Shown: piece after piece, positions 43,003 through 51,614 of the stretch
How positions within the stretch are numbered: position 1 is the stretch's first letter
Layout: every line of letters starts with the position of its first letter
NCBI GenBank assembly: GCA_033485155.1
Contig: JAWQJJ010000010.1
Location: forward strand, 6,479 to 70,478
Direction: 5' to 3'
Source: Methanomassiliicoccus sp.
GTDB taxonomy: Archaea > Thermoplasmatota > Thermoplasmata > Methanomassiliicoccales > Methanomassiliicoccaceae
Length of the DNA stretch: 64,000 nt
Notes under the pieces: model-generated
Told to the model about the DNA's origin: nothing
What the model saw: only the letters and a program-made list of their open reading frames with translations
The model's database searches: none
Translations under genes and position numbers: made by a program

Positions 43003-43365
43003 ATGCCTACGAAAACCGCAACTAAGCCTACCAAGCCCGCCGCGAAGGGCAAGGTCACCGCCGCTCCAGTAAAGAAGACCGCCGCCAAGCCGGCCGCCAA
43101 GAAGGCTGCCGCGCCGAAGAAGGCTGCGCCCAAGAAGGCGAAGGCCGAAGCGAAGCCGGTGGCCAAGAAGACCGCCGCCAAGCCGGCCGCCAAGAAGGCT
43201 GCCGCGCCGAAGAAGGCTGCGCCCAAGAAGGTCGAGGCAAAGAAGACCGAGGCGAAGGAGGTAGTGAAGAAGACTGCTGCCGCGCCGAAGAAGGCTGCGC
43301 CCAAGAAGACCGCCGCCAAGCCGGCTGCTAAGCCCGCCGCGAAGAAGCCCGCGAAGACGAAGTAA
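43003..43365 (+). CDS. Lys/Ala/Pro-rich histone-H1-like / AlgP-like repeat protein
   Basis: 120 aa, of which I count 40 Lys. The rest is almost only Ala, Pro, Thr, Val and a few Glu, in repeats such as KKTAAKPAAKKAAAPKKAAPKK. Codons are the G+C-rich ones used by neighbouring genes (AAG, GCC). Confidence 0.55.
   Translation: MPTKTATKPTKPAAKGKVTAAPVKKTAAKPAAKKAAAPKKAAPKKAKAEAKPVAKKTAAKPAAKKAAAPKKAAPKKVEAKKTEAKEVVKKTAAAPKKAAPKKTAAKPAAKPAAKKPAKTK
43072..43231 (+). repeat. two perfect 67-nt direct repeats (43072-43138 and 43165-43231; period 93 nt) inside the Lys/Ala/Pro-rich CDS
   Basis: aagaagaccgccgccaagccggccgccaagaaggctgccgcgccgaagaaggctgcgcccaagaagg occurs twice verbatim. A third partial copy lies near 43276-43326. 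Confidence 0.85.
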
Positions 43366-43574
43366 TCCAAGATCCGTCGATCGGGACCCCGAACTGAGCG
43401 ATCTGCTCGCAAGGTCATGAAGGGTAGTATCGATCTTCCGATAAGGCAGAGGGACCCCTCGCGGGGGCACGCAAAAGTTTTTATAAAAGTGGTACCTTCG
43501 ACCTTTATCCCGTTCACCCGAGCATGACGGCCCCATAATGTTGTGGACCGCTGCACGATCACGGAGGTTTACTC

Positions 43575-44348
43575 ATGGCGGTTAAGAAGGCGAAGACGGC
43601 AGCGCGTAAGGTCAAGGACAAGTGGAAGGCAAAGGAGTGGTACAAGCTATATGCTCCCCGGATGTTCAACCAGGTAGAGCTCGGCGAGACCCCCAGCTCC
43701 GACCCTGCTGCGCTGATGGGAAGGATCAGCGAGGTCACCGTCCACGAGCTGACCGGCGACTTCTCCAAAATGCACATCAAGATCCGCTTCAGCGTCAACG
43801 ACGTTCGCGGCTTGGAGGCACACACCACCTTCATCGGCCATGACCTCACCAGCGACTACGTCCGCAGGCTCACCCGGAGGAAGAGGACCAAGACCGACCA
43901 CGTCGTCGATGTCCGCACCAAGGACGGGTTCAAGGTCCGCATCAAGCCGATGAGCATCACTGAGCAGAGGATCCAGGCGGCACAGGAAACCGCTATTAGG
44001 AACATCATGACCAGCACCCTCACGGACCTGGCAGCCAACATGACAGTGTCCGAACTGGTGAAGGCCATCATCACTGGTGATCTGTCCAAGGACCTATCCA
44101 ACGCAGCCAAGGTCATCATCCCTATCAAGAGGATAGAGGTCCGCAGGAGCGAGGTCCTGGAGGCCGGTACTGCGGCCGCCGACGAGCCGAGCATCCAAGA
44201 GAGATTCGGCCAGGAAGCGGCGGAGCAGGCGGCAGCACAGGCCGCCATGGCTCCGGCGGAGGAAGCCCCCGCTGAGGAAGAGGCCCCGGCGGAGGAAGAG
44301 GTCTCCGAGCCCGCGGAGAGCGAGGAGAATCTCGAAAACGTAGACTGA
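43575..44348 (+). CDS. rps3ae: 30S ribosomal protein S3Ae (eS1) with long acidic C-terminal tail
   Basis: KDKWKAKEWYKLYAPRMFN..., RFSVNDVRG, KTKDGFKVRIKP. GGAGGT lies upstream of the ATG. Confidence 0.9.
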   Translation: MAVKKAKTAARKVKDKWKAKEWYKLYAPRMFNQVELGETPSSDPAALMGRISEVTVHELTGDFSKMHIKIRFSVNDVRGLEAHTTFIGHDLTSDYVRRLTRRKRTKTDHVVDVRTKDGFKVRIKPMSITEQRIQAAQETAIRNIMTSTLTDLAANMTVSELVKAIITGDLSKDLSNAAKVIIPIKRIEVRRSEVLEAGTAAADEPSIQERFGQEAAEQAAAQAAMAPAEEAPAEEEAPAEEEVSEPAESEENLENVD

Positions 44349-44359
44349 ATCTGAACAAT

Positions 44360-44463
44360 GCCGGGGTGGCTCAGCCTGGTGGAGCGACGGACTCATAAGG
44401 TCCTGGCCCTGCGCCAGGGTCCGAGAGATCCGTAGGTCATGGGTTCAAAGCCCATCCCCGGCA
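44360..44463 (+). tRNA. tRNA-Met (anticodon CAU; Ile2 not excluded) with a 30-nt intron at 37/38
   Basis: Acceptor GCCGGGG/CCCCGGC, D arm GCUC/GAGC, anticodon arm ACGGA-CUCAUA[intron]A-UCCGU, T arm AUGGG-UUCAAAG-CCCAU. No encoded CCA. Confidence 0.85.
44398..44427 (+). other. tRNA intron (bulge-helix-bulge context)
   Basis: The intron pairs internally (CCUGGC/GCCAGG, extended by G-C and G.U pairs). C32-U33-C34 pair with GAG at the intron 3' end, leaving 3-nt bulges UAa and aga around a 4-position central helix (3 Watson-Crick pairs + A.C). Confidence 0.7.
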
Positions 44464-44579
44464 CTAACTTTTATCTTCGGGGCGCGAGCCCCTTCTTCAC
44501 CGCCTCGCTGGTGGCCATGCCAACCTCCATGCGCATCCTTCAAGTATATGGACTAAGATAGGATAAGTTCGGTGAAGCG

Positions 44580-45770
44580 TTGAGGTTGATAATCTATACT
44601 GGGAAGGGTGGAGTGGGGAAGACCTCGGTCGCCGCTGCCACCGCCCTGCGAGCCGCCCGGATGGGCTACCGAACCCTTCTGATGTCCACGGATGCGGCCC
44701 ACTCGGTGTCCGACTCCCTCGAGGTGCCCTTGTCGGGCAGCATAACCAGGGTCGAGAAGAATCTCGATGCCATCGAGATCGACATGCTCCATGAGCTGGA
44801 GACCCGGTGGAAGGAGGTCCAGAAGTATGTTTCTGACTTCTTCATGTCCCAGGGGATGGACGGGATCACGTCGAAGGAGATGGCCGTCATGCCGGGCATG
44901 GAGCTGATGTCTGCCCTGTTCTACATCGATGACTTCTACAACCGCGATGCCTACGACGTGATCGTGATGGACACCGCCCCCACCGGAGAGACGCTCCGGC
45001 TGCTGAGCTTCCCCGAGGTCTCGGAGTGGTACACCGACCGGCTGTATGGCGTGGTCAAGAACATGCTCCGCTTCGCGCGCGTCACCGTGGGTAAGGTGAT
45101 GAGCACCCCCCTGCCCTCGGACGAACTGCTCAAGGACCTCGAGGTCCTGGGGTCCAGGATGCAATCGGTCCAGAAGATCCTGATGGACTCCGAGATAACT
45201 TCCGTCCGCCTGGTGGTGAACCCGGAGAAGATGGTCATAAATGAGACCAAGCGGGCGTTCACCTACATGTGCCTCTATGGCCTCACCGTTGATTGCCTTG
45301 TAGTCAACCGGCTGATACCCGAGGGCAGCGATGGTTACTTCAAGGGGAAGATGGAAGAGCAGGAGAAGTACATGCAGATCATCAACGAGTCCTTCAACCC
45401 TCTCAAGGTGCTCAAGGCCTACCAGCTCCCCCTGGAGCTGGTCGGGATCAAGTCACTGGAGACGCTGGGAAACATGGTGTTCGGGGATGTCGACCCGGTC
45501 ACCCACTTCTCCACCGACAAGCCGATGGACATATATTCCAACGACGGCATGGACATTATATCGCTGAAGCTCCCCTTCACCATGAAGGATACCGTCAACC
45601 TGTATATGTCTGGCGATAACCTGCTGGTGGAGGTGGGGCACTATCGACGGTCCATCGCCCTTCCGACAACATTCGCTAGGAGGGAGCCCAGCAAGGCCGA
45701 GTTCAAGGACGGTCGGTTGCTGATCATGTTCAGGAGTGATAGGGATGGAGGAAAACACCGGACAAAATGA
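44580..45770 (+). CDS. ArsA/GET3-family ATPase fused to a C-terminal HSP20/alpha-crystallin-like domain
   Basis: Deviant Walker A GKGGVGKTS, STDAAHS, DTAPTGETLRLL. C-terminal ...DIISLKLPFTMKDTVNLYMSGDNLLVEVGHYRRSIALP...EFKDGRLLIMF. TTG start. Confidence 0.8.
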   Translation: MRLIIYTGKGGVGKTSVAAATALRAARMGYRTLLMSTDAAHSVSDSLEVPLSGSITRVEKNLDAIEIDMLHELETRWKEVQKYVSDFFMSQGMDGITSKEMAVMPGMELMSALFYIDDFYNRDAYDVIVMDTAPTGETLRLLSFPEVSEWYTDRLYGVVKNMLRFARVTVGKVMSTPLPSDELLKDLEVLGSRMQSVQKILMDSEITSVRLVVNPEKMVINETKRAFTYMCLYGLTVDCLVVNRLIPEGSDGYFKGKMEEQEKYMQIINESFNPLKVLKAYQLPLELVGIKSLETLGNMVFGDVDPVTHFSTDKPMDIYSNDGMDIISLKLPFTMKDTVNLYMSGDNLLVEVGHYRRSIALPTTFARREPSKAEFKDGRLLIMFRSDRDGGKHRTK

Positions 45771-46083
45771 GCAGGAGGTCGAGGACGAGATGACCCGTCA
45801 GAGGCGCATCAGGTTCGATGCCGAGAGGATGGGAGAGACAATGTTCTCCAAAGAGACTCGCGACCATCTGGTCAGGGCGAGCACCGAGATCGTCCTGGCC
45901 GTGGACTCCATGATTCCGCGAGACATGGTCCCCGAGGATGTCAAGCAGCACTACCTGGCCGCCAAGCGGGAGACCTTGATGTTGGTGCGCTCCCTGCTGG
46001 ACGCCCAGATCAATATGGTCCAGGACCTGGAGACCAAGAAGGAGCCGCCGGAGGCCGGGCTGCGTAAGATCGCTCTGGACTAG
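45745..46083 (+). CDS. hypothetical small charged/helical protein
   Basis: The ORF overlaps the ArsA-like stop by about 25 nt. No motif recognised. Confidence 0.4.
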   Translation: MEENTGQNEQEVEDEMTRQRRIRFDAERMGETMFSKETRDHLVRASTEIVLAVDSMIPRDMVPEDVKQHYLAAKRETLMLVRSLLDAQINMVQDLETKKEPPEAGLRKIALD

Positions 46084-46084
46084 A

Positions 46085-46675
46085 TCATTCGATCGGGTCC
46101 TGGACGAAAATCTCGCGGCACTCCGCGCACAGCAGCGGACCGCGGCCGGACGCCATCCCGGTCTGTTTCAGATTGTACGAGTAGTTGCCGCAGTTTTCAC
46201 AGTAGCCTATGAGGGATTCCGCCTCCCTGATATCCTCCGCCGGAGCGTTGATGTTCTTCCACTCCCGGGTGATCTCGATCAGGGAGGGCGACAGCCGGGT
46301 GATATCGTTCTCCGTGAGCATGCCCATCAGACGACCGTCCACCACCACCGGCAACCGGCGCAGCTGGAGGCGAGCCATTTTACGCCCGGCCTCGGCCACG
46401 CTCTCCCGGGGCTTCACCGTGACTAGCGGGGCGGACATGATGTCCTCCGCTCTCACCTCTCCCGGCTGCAGGTCCTCGGCGACCAGCTTTTCGACGAAGT
46501 CCCGCTCGGTGACGATGCCCATGGGGCACCCGTCCTTGATGATGATTACGCTACCGACCTTCATGGCCCTCATCAGGACGGCAAGATCCCTGGCCGTAAG
46601 GTCGGGACTGCCGACGACTGGCACCTTGCTCATGATCTCCTCGACATAGATGTCCCGCGCACGTTCCATGGCCAT
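46085..46675 (-). CDS. CBS-pair protein with C-terminal zinc ribbon
   Basis: Two CBS motifs (VGSVIIIKDGCPMGIVTERDFV; LRRLPVVVDGRLMGMLTENDI) and CENCGN...CAEC. Confidence 0.8.
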   Translation of the reverse strand: MAMERARDIYVEEIMSKVPVVGSPDLTARDLAVLMRAMKVGSVIIIKDGCPMGIVTERDFVEKLVAEDLQPGEVRAEDIMSAPLVTVKPRESVAEAGRKMARLQLRRLPVVVDGRLMGMLTENDITRLSPSLIEITREWKNINAPAEDIREAESLIGYCENCGNYSYNLKQTGMASGRGPLLCAECREIFVQDPIE

Positions 46676-46784
46676 GGCGTTAGGATGCGAACGGGCGGTA
46701 GAAATACGTTGGTCCTTCCCGAGGCAGAGTGTCCCTCGCAACTATGATAAATGTCCCCATCGCTTCACTTTCTTGGGTCTAGAT

Positions 46785-47393
46785 ATGAAGGACAGCGAGG
46801 GTGAGCTGGCGGTCAGGATGGCCAGGCAGGCGGTGGAGGCCGAGGCCAGGGGAGAGGACGACGGTCACGTGGACGCACCGGAGAGCTTTCGCGACAAGCG
46901 TGGGGTGTTCGTGACCATAAGCTCATACCCAGGCCATCTGCTGCGGGGATGCATCGGTTTCCCCGAGCCGATCTTCTCCCTGGCATCGGCGATCCTGCAG
47001 GCTGCCCAGCACGCCTGCCACGATCCCCGCTTCGAGGACCTTCAGGCCGATGAGCTCGATATCAACGTCATTGAGGTGACGGTGCTCACGCCCCCCGAGG
47101 AGATCAAGGTGGGCGACCGTAGGGACCTTCCCAAGATGGTCAAGGTGGGAAGGGACGGCCTGATCGCCGAGTTCGGACCCTACCGCGGCCTTTTACTGCC
47201 ACAGGTGCCGGTGGAGTGGGGATGGGACGCCGAAGAGTTCTTGGGGCAGGTGTGCATGAAGGCGGGCATGGGTCCCGACATGTGGCTCGACCGGCGCACC
47301 ACGCTCTACCGCTTCGAGGGCGAGATCTTCGCTGAGGAGAGCCCCCGGGGCAAGGTGGTCAGAAAGGAGATCACTCATGGAGCTTGTCGTTGA
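46785..47393 (+). CDS. AMMECR1-domain protein
   Basis: RGVFVTISSYPGHLLRGCIGFPEP and AAQHACHDPRF motifs. Confidence 0.85.
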   Translation: MKDSEGELAVRMARQAVEAEARGEDDGHVDAPESFRDKRGVFVTISSYPGHLLRGCIGFPEPIFSLASAILQAAQHACHDPRFEDLQADELDINVIEVTVLTPPEEIKVGDRRDLPKMVKVGRDGLIAEFGPYRGLLLPQVPVEWGWDAEEFLGQVCMKAGMGPDMWLDRRTTLYRFEGEIFAEESPRGKVVRKEITHGACR

Positions 47394-48624
47394 AGGCCGC
47401 GCTTTCGTTCGCGGCAGATTGTCCAACTGGTGCATAGGCATCGAGGATGGCAGGATAGTTGAGCTGGGGAAGAGCCTCAAGGGCGAGGAACGATTGGACT
47501 GTCGGCACATGCTTGTGCTCCCGGCGGCGATCGATCCCCACGTCCATCTCCGCGACCCCGGGTTGACTGCCAAGGAGGACTTCTCCACGGGAACCCTGGC
47601 CGCCGCCTGCGGAGGGGTAGGCTGCGTGCTGGACATGCCCAATACTCTACCTCCGGCGGTCAAGCTCATCGACCTCAAAGAGAAGATGGAGGTCGTGGCC
47701 GGTAAGGCCTGGGTCGACTACGGGCTGTTCGCTGGCTGCGTTCCAGGCGGCAAGCTGGAGGGGATGGCCCCTCATGCCATAGCCTTCAAGATGTTCATGG
47801 GGTCCTCGACCGGCAAGCTCTTGGTGACCGAGGAGAGGGACATGCTGCACATCGGTCAGGCGGTGAAGGCCACGGGCAAGGTGCTCAGCGTGCACGCTGA
47901 GGACGAGGCCCTCATCGGTTCCGAGATGGAGCATAACCTCTATGATCATCTAAAGAACCGGCCGTCCAAGGCCGAGGTGTCGGCCATCCGGAAGCTCCCG
48001 GCTCTGGGCTGTCGGATCAACGTCTGCCATGTCTCCTCGGCCGAGGGGCTCCTCACGGCCCAGGAGCTTGGCCTTGACAAGGAGATCGCCGCGCACCATA
48101 TGCTCCTGGACCGTGACTCGAAGAGGGGACCGTACGCCAAGGTCAACCCTCCCCTGCGCACCGAGCAGGACCGCCTTGCACTACTGCAGGCGTTCATCGC
48201 CGGACGGATCGAGATGCTCGGGTCGGACCACGCCCCGCATACTATCGAGGACAAGGAGCAGGAGTTCTCCGCGGCCCCTTCGGGAATGCCTGGTGTAGAG
48301 ACCCAGGTCCCCCTCATGCTCGCTTTGGTGAAGAAGGGCCTGCTGCCGCTGGACGTCCTGGTCCGGGCGATGGCCGAGCGGCCGGCAGAGACGTTTGGCC
48401 TCAACAAAGGGCGGATCGAGGAAGGTCGGGACGCCGACCTCATGATCGTTGATACGCGGACCATGGCCGGCATAAAGGTTAATAACCTCCATAGCAAGTG
48501 CGGCTGGACCCTCTACGAGGGATTCGACGCGATTTTCCCCCACGCCACCATGGTGCGCGGGAGCGTGGTGGTGGAGGACGGGAGCGTCACCGGAGAGAGG
48601 GCAGGCAGGGACGTCGTTGCTTGA
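47377..48624 (+). CDS. pyrC: dihydroorotase
   Basis: LPAAIDPHVHLRDPG, GGVGCVLDMPNT, SVHAED, GSDHAPH: cyclic amidohydrolase metal ligands in the DHOase pattern. Confidence 0.8.
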   Translation: MELVVEGRAFVRGRLSNWCIGIEDGRIVELGKSLKGEERLDCRHMLVLPAAIDPHVHLRDPGLTAKEDFSTGTLAAACGGVGCVLDMPNTLPPAVKLIDLKEKMEVVAGKAWVDYGLFAGCVPGGKLEGMAPHAIAFKMFMGSSTGKLLVTEERDMLHIGQAVKATGKVLSVHAEDEALIGSEMEHNLYDHLKNRPSKAEVSAIRKLPALGCRINVCHVSSAEGLLTAQELGLDKEIAAHHMLLDRDSKRGPYAKVNPPLRTEQDRLALLQAFIAGRIEMLGSDHAPHTIEDKEQEFSAAPSGMPGVETQVPLMLALVKKGLLPLDVLVRAMAERPAETFGLNKGRIEEGRDADLMIVDTRTMAGIKVNNLHSKCGWTLYEGFDAIFPHATMVRGSVVVEDGSVTGERAGRDVVA

Positions 48625-48637
48625 GCTAGATGTTGAT

Positions 48638-49738
48638 ATGTCGGAGCTGGAGGGCAGGAGCTTCACCTGTGATGATAAGTGCGGGTTATGCTGCCTGTGC
48701 CAGGCCGAAGTACTGCCCCATGAGGTCCCCTTCTTCAAGAAGAACCACCCGTCGCGAGTGGTGATGAAGGCCGAGCCCCACCGCCACGTGGCCTTGGCCC
48801 TCAAGGGCGGAGAGGGACCGTGCACCTTCCTCACCCCCAGCCGCCGGTGTCAGATATACTCCGATCGTCCGCACTATTGCCGCCAGTTCCCCTTCCACAT
48901 CTATGTCGGCACCAGGGTCCAGGTCGAGCTCGACCTCTCGTGTCGGGGAGCATGGTACGGAGGGAAGGAGGACGCCCTGGTGGTCGGTGGTAAGATGATC
49001 GCCGATAACCGTGAGGTACTGGTGCGTACCCTCCAGGAGTCGAGGGAGGTCTACCGCGAGTTCGAGACCAACGCCGTCGATGCTGGCATCTACCGCGCAC
49101 CGGAGGTCCTGCGCCGCAACGCCGTCGCCCGAATCGGGGAGATGGCCGACGTGCAGTACCTAGCTAAGGTTCTCGACCTCTCGGCCGAAGACGACGAGAT
49201 GGAGGCATTACCCGCCCCCTTGAAGGGCGCGGAGTATGAGCGCAAGGAGCTAGAGGAGTCGGCCCGGGAGACCGGTCTGGAATCGTTGAGCGCCGAGGAT
49301 GTGTTCTCCGCTCCGGTGTACTGCGACCCCCGGGGCGGGTGGAACCTGATGCTGTCGAGGAACGGAAAGGTCGAGTGGTCGGTGATGAACGATGACGGTG
49401 GCCTCACCCCCGTTCGTTCCATCGATCCCCGGCAGGTGCCGCTTCTAGCTCCCGAGGGCGAGGGCGTGGACGTCTTCCGAGCGTACATGGGGACACTGAA
49501 CCGCAGGGACTCGATGTTCGGCTACGCCTGCTACCTCGTCGATGACTACGGATATGAGGACCACTTGGCGAATACCTACTACGGTGCTCTCGCGGCAGCG
49601 GCGCTGGACCTGCTGTGGCGCTCCTCCCTGGTCACATATATGCGCGGCGGGAAGCTCGACCGGCAGGGCATGATCGAGGGCATAATCTCCTATGACATGG
49701 ACCGACTGGACGCCCCGGCCATCGGGGCATTCATCTAG
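48638..49738 (+). CDS. YkgJ/UPF0153-type Cys-cluster protein with long C-terminal extension
   Basis: CDDKCGLCCLC ... GPCTFLTPSRRCQIYSDRPHYCRQFPF. Confidence 0.55.
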   Translation: MSELEGRSFTCDDKCGLCCLCQAEVLPHEVPFFKKNHPSRVVMKAEPHRHVALALKGGEGPCTFLTPSRRCQIYSDRPHYCRQFPFHIYVGTRVQVELDLSCRGAWYGGKEDALVVGGKMIADNREVLVRTLQESREVYREFETNAVDAGIYRAPEVLRRNAVARIGEMADVQYLAKVLDLSAEDDEMEALPAPLKGAEYERKELEESARETGLESLSAEDVFSAPVYCDPRGGWNLMLSRNGKVEWSVMNDDGGLTPVRSIDPRQVPLLAPEGEGVDVFRAYMGTLNRRDSMFGYACYLVDDYGYEDHLANTYYGALAAAALDLLWRSSLVTYMRGGKLDRQGMIEGIISYDMDRLDAPAIGAFI

Positions 49739-49798
49739 TCCTAGACCTAGCAACTTTAAAATAGTCCTCGGTTTATGGGGCAGATTGGTGGCTGTAAC

Positions 49799-50014
49799 AT
49801 GCAGAAACCTCTGACCGTTCTGAACCAGGCGATCAACCGTCCCGTGATCGTCGAGCTGAAGGCAAACAGGGAGTACCGGGGTGTCCTGGACGGATACGAC
49901 CCGCACATGAACCTGGTCCTTAAGAACGCGGAAGAGCTCATCAACAACGAAGTGGTGAGAAAGCTCGATGTGACCATCGTGCGCGGGGACAACGTCATTT
50001 ACATTTCACCGTAA
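49799..50014 (+). CDS. Sm-like archaeal protein (LSm/SmAP)
   Basis: Sm1/Sm2 pattern [31 protein letters not shown] ... [12 protein letters not shown]. Confidence 0.9.
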   Translation: MQKPLTVLNQAINRPVIVELKANREYRGVLDGYDPHMNLVLKNAEELINNEVVRKLDVTIVRGDNVIYISP

Positions 50015-50026
50015 GGAGATGAGGAA

Positions 50027-50194
50027 ATGGGAAAAGGCACTCCGTCAATGGGTAAGAGGTCGAGCGGCAAGTCACACATCCCCTGCCGCCGCTGCGGGAA
50101 GAGCGCGTACAACATGCAGAAGGGAGTCTGCGCTTCCTGCGGATACGGAAAGACCGCGAGGTTGAGGTCCTATTCCTGGGCCAAGCAGCACTAA
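50027..50194 (+). CDS. rpl37e: 50S ribosomal protein L37e (55 aa; below ORF-track cutoff)
   Basis: [55 protein letters not shown] has the Cys4 zinc ribbon. The conserved LSm-L37e gene pair is present. Confidence 0.88.
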   Translation: MGKGTPSMGKRSSGKSHIPCRRCGKSAYNMQKGVCASCGYGKTARLRSYSWAKQH

Positions 50195-50198
50195 GTCC

Positions 50199-51614
50199 AT
50201 GTTCGAGAGCATGGACGACAAACCCGGGCATTATTGCGGGGTTGTCGCCATGGCGTTGGACACCAACGCCGCTCCCGAGCTGAAACGTTCTCTAAGGATC
50301 ATCCAGCACCGTGGCCAGGAGGCCGCTGGTGTCGTTGTTTCTGATGGTATCAACACATCCTATGTAAGGGCTGCCGGGCTGGTCCATGAAGTGTTGGCCG
50401 GCAGGGATTTCGAGGCCCTCAAGGGTCAGATGGGCATCGGTCACGTTCGCTATGCCACCACCGGATCGGCCTGTTCCCAGAACGCCCAGCCCATCGTCGT
50501 CACCTCGTCGTCCGGGGATGTGGCGCTGGGTCACAATGGTGACATCGTCAACTCAGCGAAGCTGAGGGCCAAGTTCCAGAGCATCGGGTGGGCCTTCCTC
50601 ACCACCACCGATTCCGAGATCATCGTTCGGATCCTGGCTAACGAACTCAAGCAGGGTGGGGACCCGGTCAAGGCGATCCGTTCCACCATGAAGTTCCTGG
50701 ATGGTGCCTATTCATTGGTCATAATGGTCGGCGGTCGCGTGTTCGGGGTGCGCGATCCCCTGGGCTTCCGCCCGCTGTGCGTCGGCAAGCTCTCCCATGG
50801 TTATTGCATCGTTTCCGAGTCCTCAGTCTTCGACGTCCTCCAGGGGGAGTTCATCCGCGACATCCTGCCCGGAGAGATAGTCGAGATCACCAAGGACAGT
50901 ATCATACCTTCCCGTATGGCCGGTCCCGCCCACCGCGCCCACTGTATGTTCGAATGGGTCTATTTCGCCCGCCCAGACTCGGTGATCGACGGCCGTGAGG
51001 TGTACGATGTCCGCAAGACCATCGGTAAAGTGCTGGCGAGAGAGCAGCCGGCGAAGGCCGATGTGGTGATACCGGTCCCCGATTCCGGGCGCGCCCACGC
51101 TCTCGGCTATTCCTTGGCGTCCGGCATCCCCTATGACGAGGGGCTCATGAAGAATCGTTATGTCGAGCGCACCTTCATCATGCCCGAGCAGGCCCAGCGG
51201 GAGGAAGGAGTCAGCATAAAGCTCAATCCGATAAAATCGACCATCGAGGGGCGGCGGGTCGTGGTAGTCGACGATTCCATGGTCCGGGGGACGACGTTGC
51301 GCAAGATCGTGCAGATGCTTCGCCGGGGTGGGGCCAAGGAAGTCCATGTCCGCATCGGCTGTCCGCCTGTCCGTGCGCCGTGCTACTACGGCATCGACAT
51401 GAAGACCAGGGAGCAGTTTATCGCCAACAACAAGACAGTCGAGCAGATCGCCGAGTACCTAACCGCCAACAGTCTCGGTTACATATCGCTCAAGGGTCTA
51501 GAGGAGGCGCTGCGGATCCCCGACAACGACCTTTGCCTGGCCTGCCTGAACGGGGAGTACCCGACCAACGTCCCCGGCGAGAAGATGCGCTTCCAGAGGA
51601 AGCTGGATATCTAG
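50199..51614 (+). CDS. purF: amidophosphoribosyltransferase
   Basis: Ntn Cys context (HYCGVVAM), RGQEAAG, PRTase motif VVVVDDSMVRGTT, C-terminal Cys cluster. Confidence 0.93.
   Translation: MFESMDDKPGHYCGVVAMALDTNAAPELKRSLRIIQHRGQEAAGVVVSDGINTSYVRAAGLVHEVLAGRDFEALKGQMGIGHVRYATTGSACSQNAQPIVVTSSSGDVALGHNGDIVNSAKLRAKFQSIGWAFLTTTDSEIIVRILANELKQGGDPVKAIRSTMKFLDGAYSLVIMVGGRVFGVRDPLGFRPLCVGKLSHGYCIVSESSVFDVLQGEFIRDILPGEIVEITKDSIIPSRMAGPAHRAHCMFEWVYFARPDSVIDGREVYDVRKTIGKVLAREQPAKADVVIPVPDSGRAHALGYSLASGIPYDEGLMKNRYVERTFIMPEQAQREEGVSIKLNPIKSTIEGRRVVVVDDSMVRGTTLRKIVQMLRRGGAKEVHVRIGCPPVRAPCYYGIDMKTREQFIANNKTVEQIAEYLTANSLGYISLKGLEEALRIPDNDLCLACLNGEYPTNVPGEKMRFQRKLDI

Noticed and set aside
43072-43326. 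Repeats as a possible CRISPR array
   Set aside because: There are only 2-3 copies, with 26-nt spacers that are themselves part of the same in-frame coding periodicity. No cas genes and no leader.
42930-43562. Minus-strand ORFs of 210 and 196 aa across the Lys/Ala/Pro repeat region
   Set aside because: These are the reverse-complement reading of the AAG/GCC-rich repeats (Leu/Phe/Gly/Ala runs). The plus frame uses the codons preferred by neighbouring genes and has a clean ATG and TAA. Neither reading is proven without expression data.
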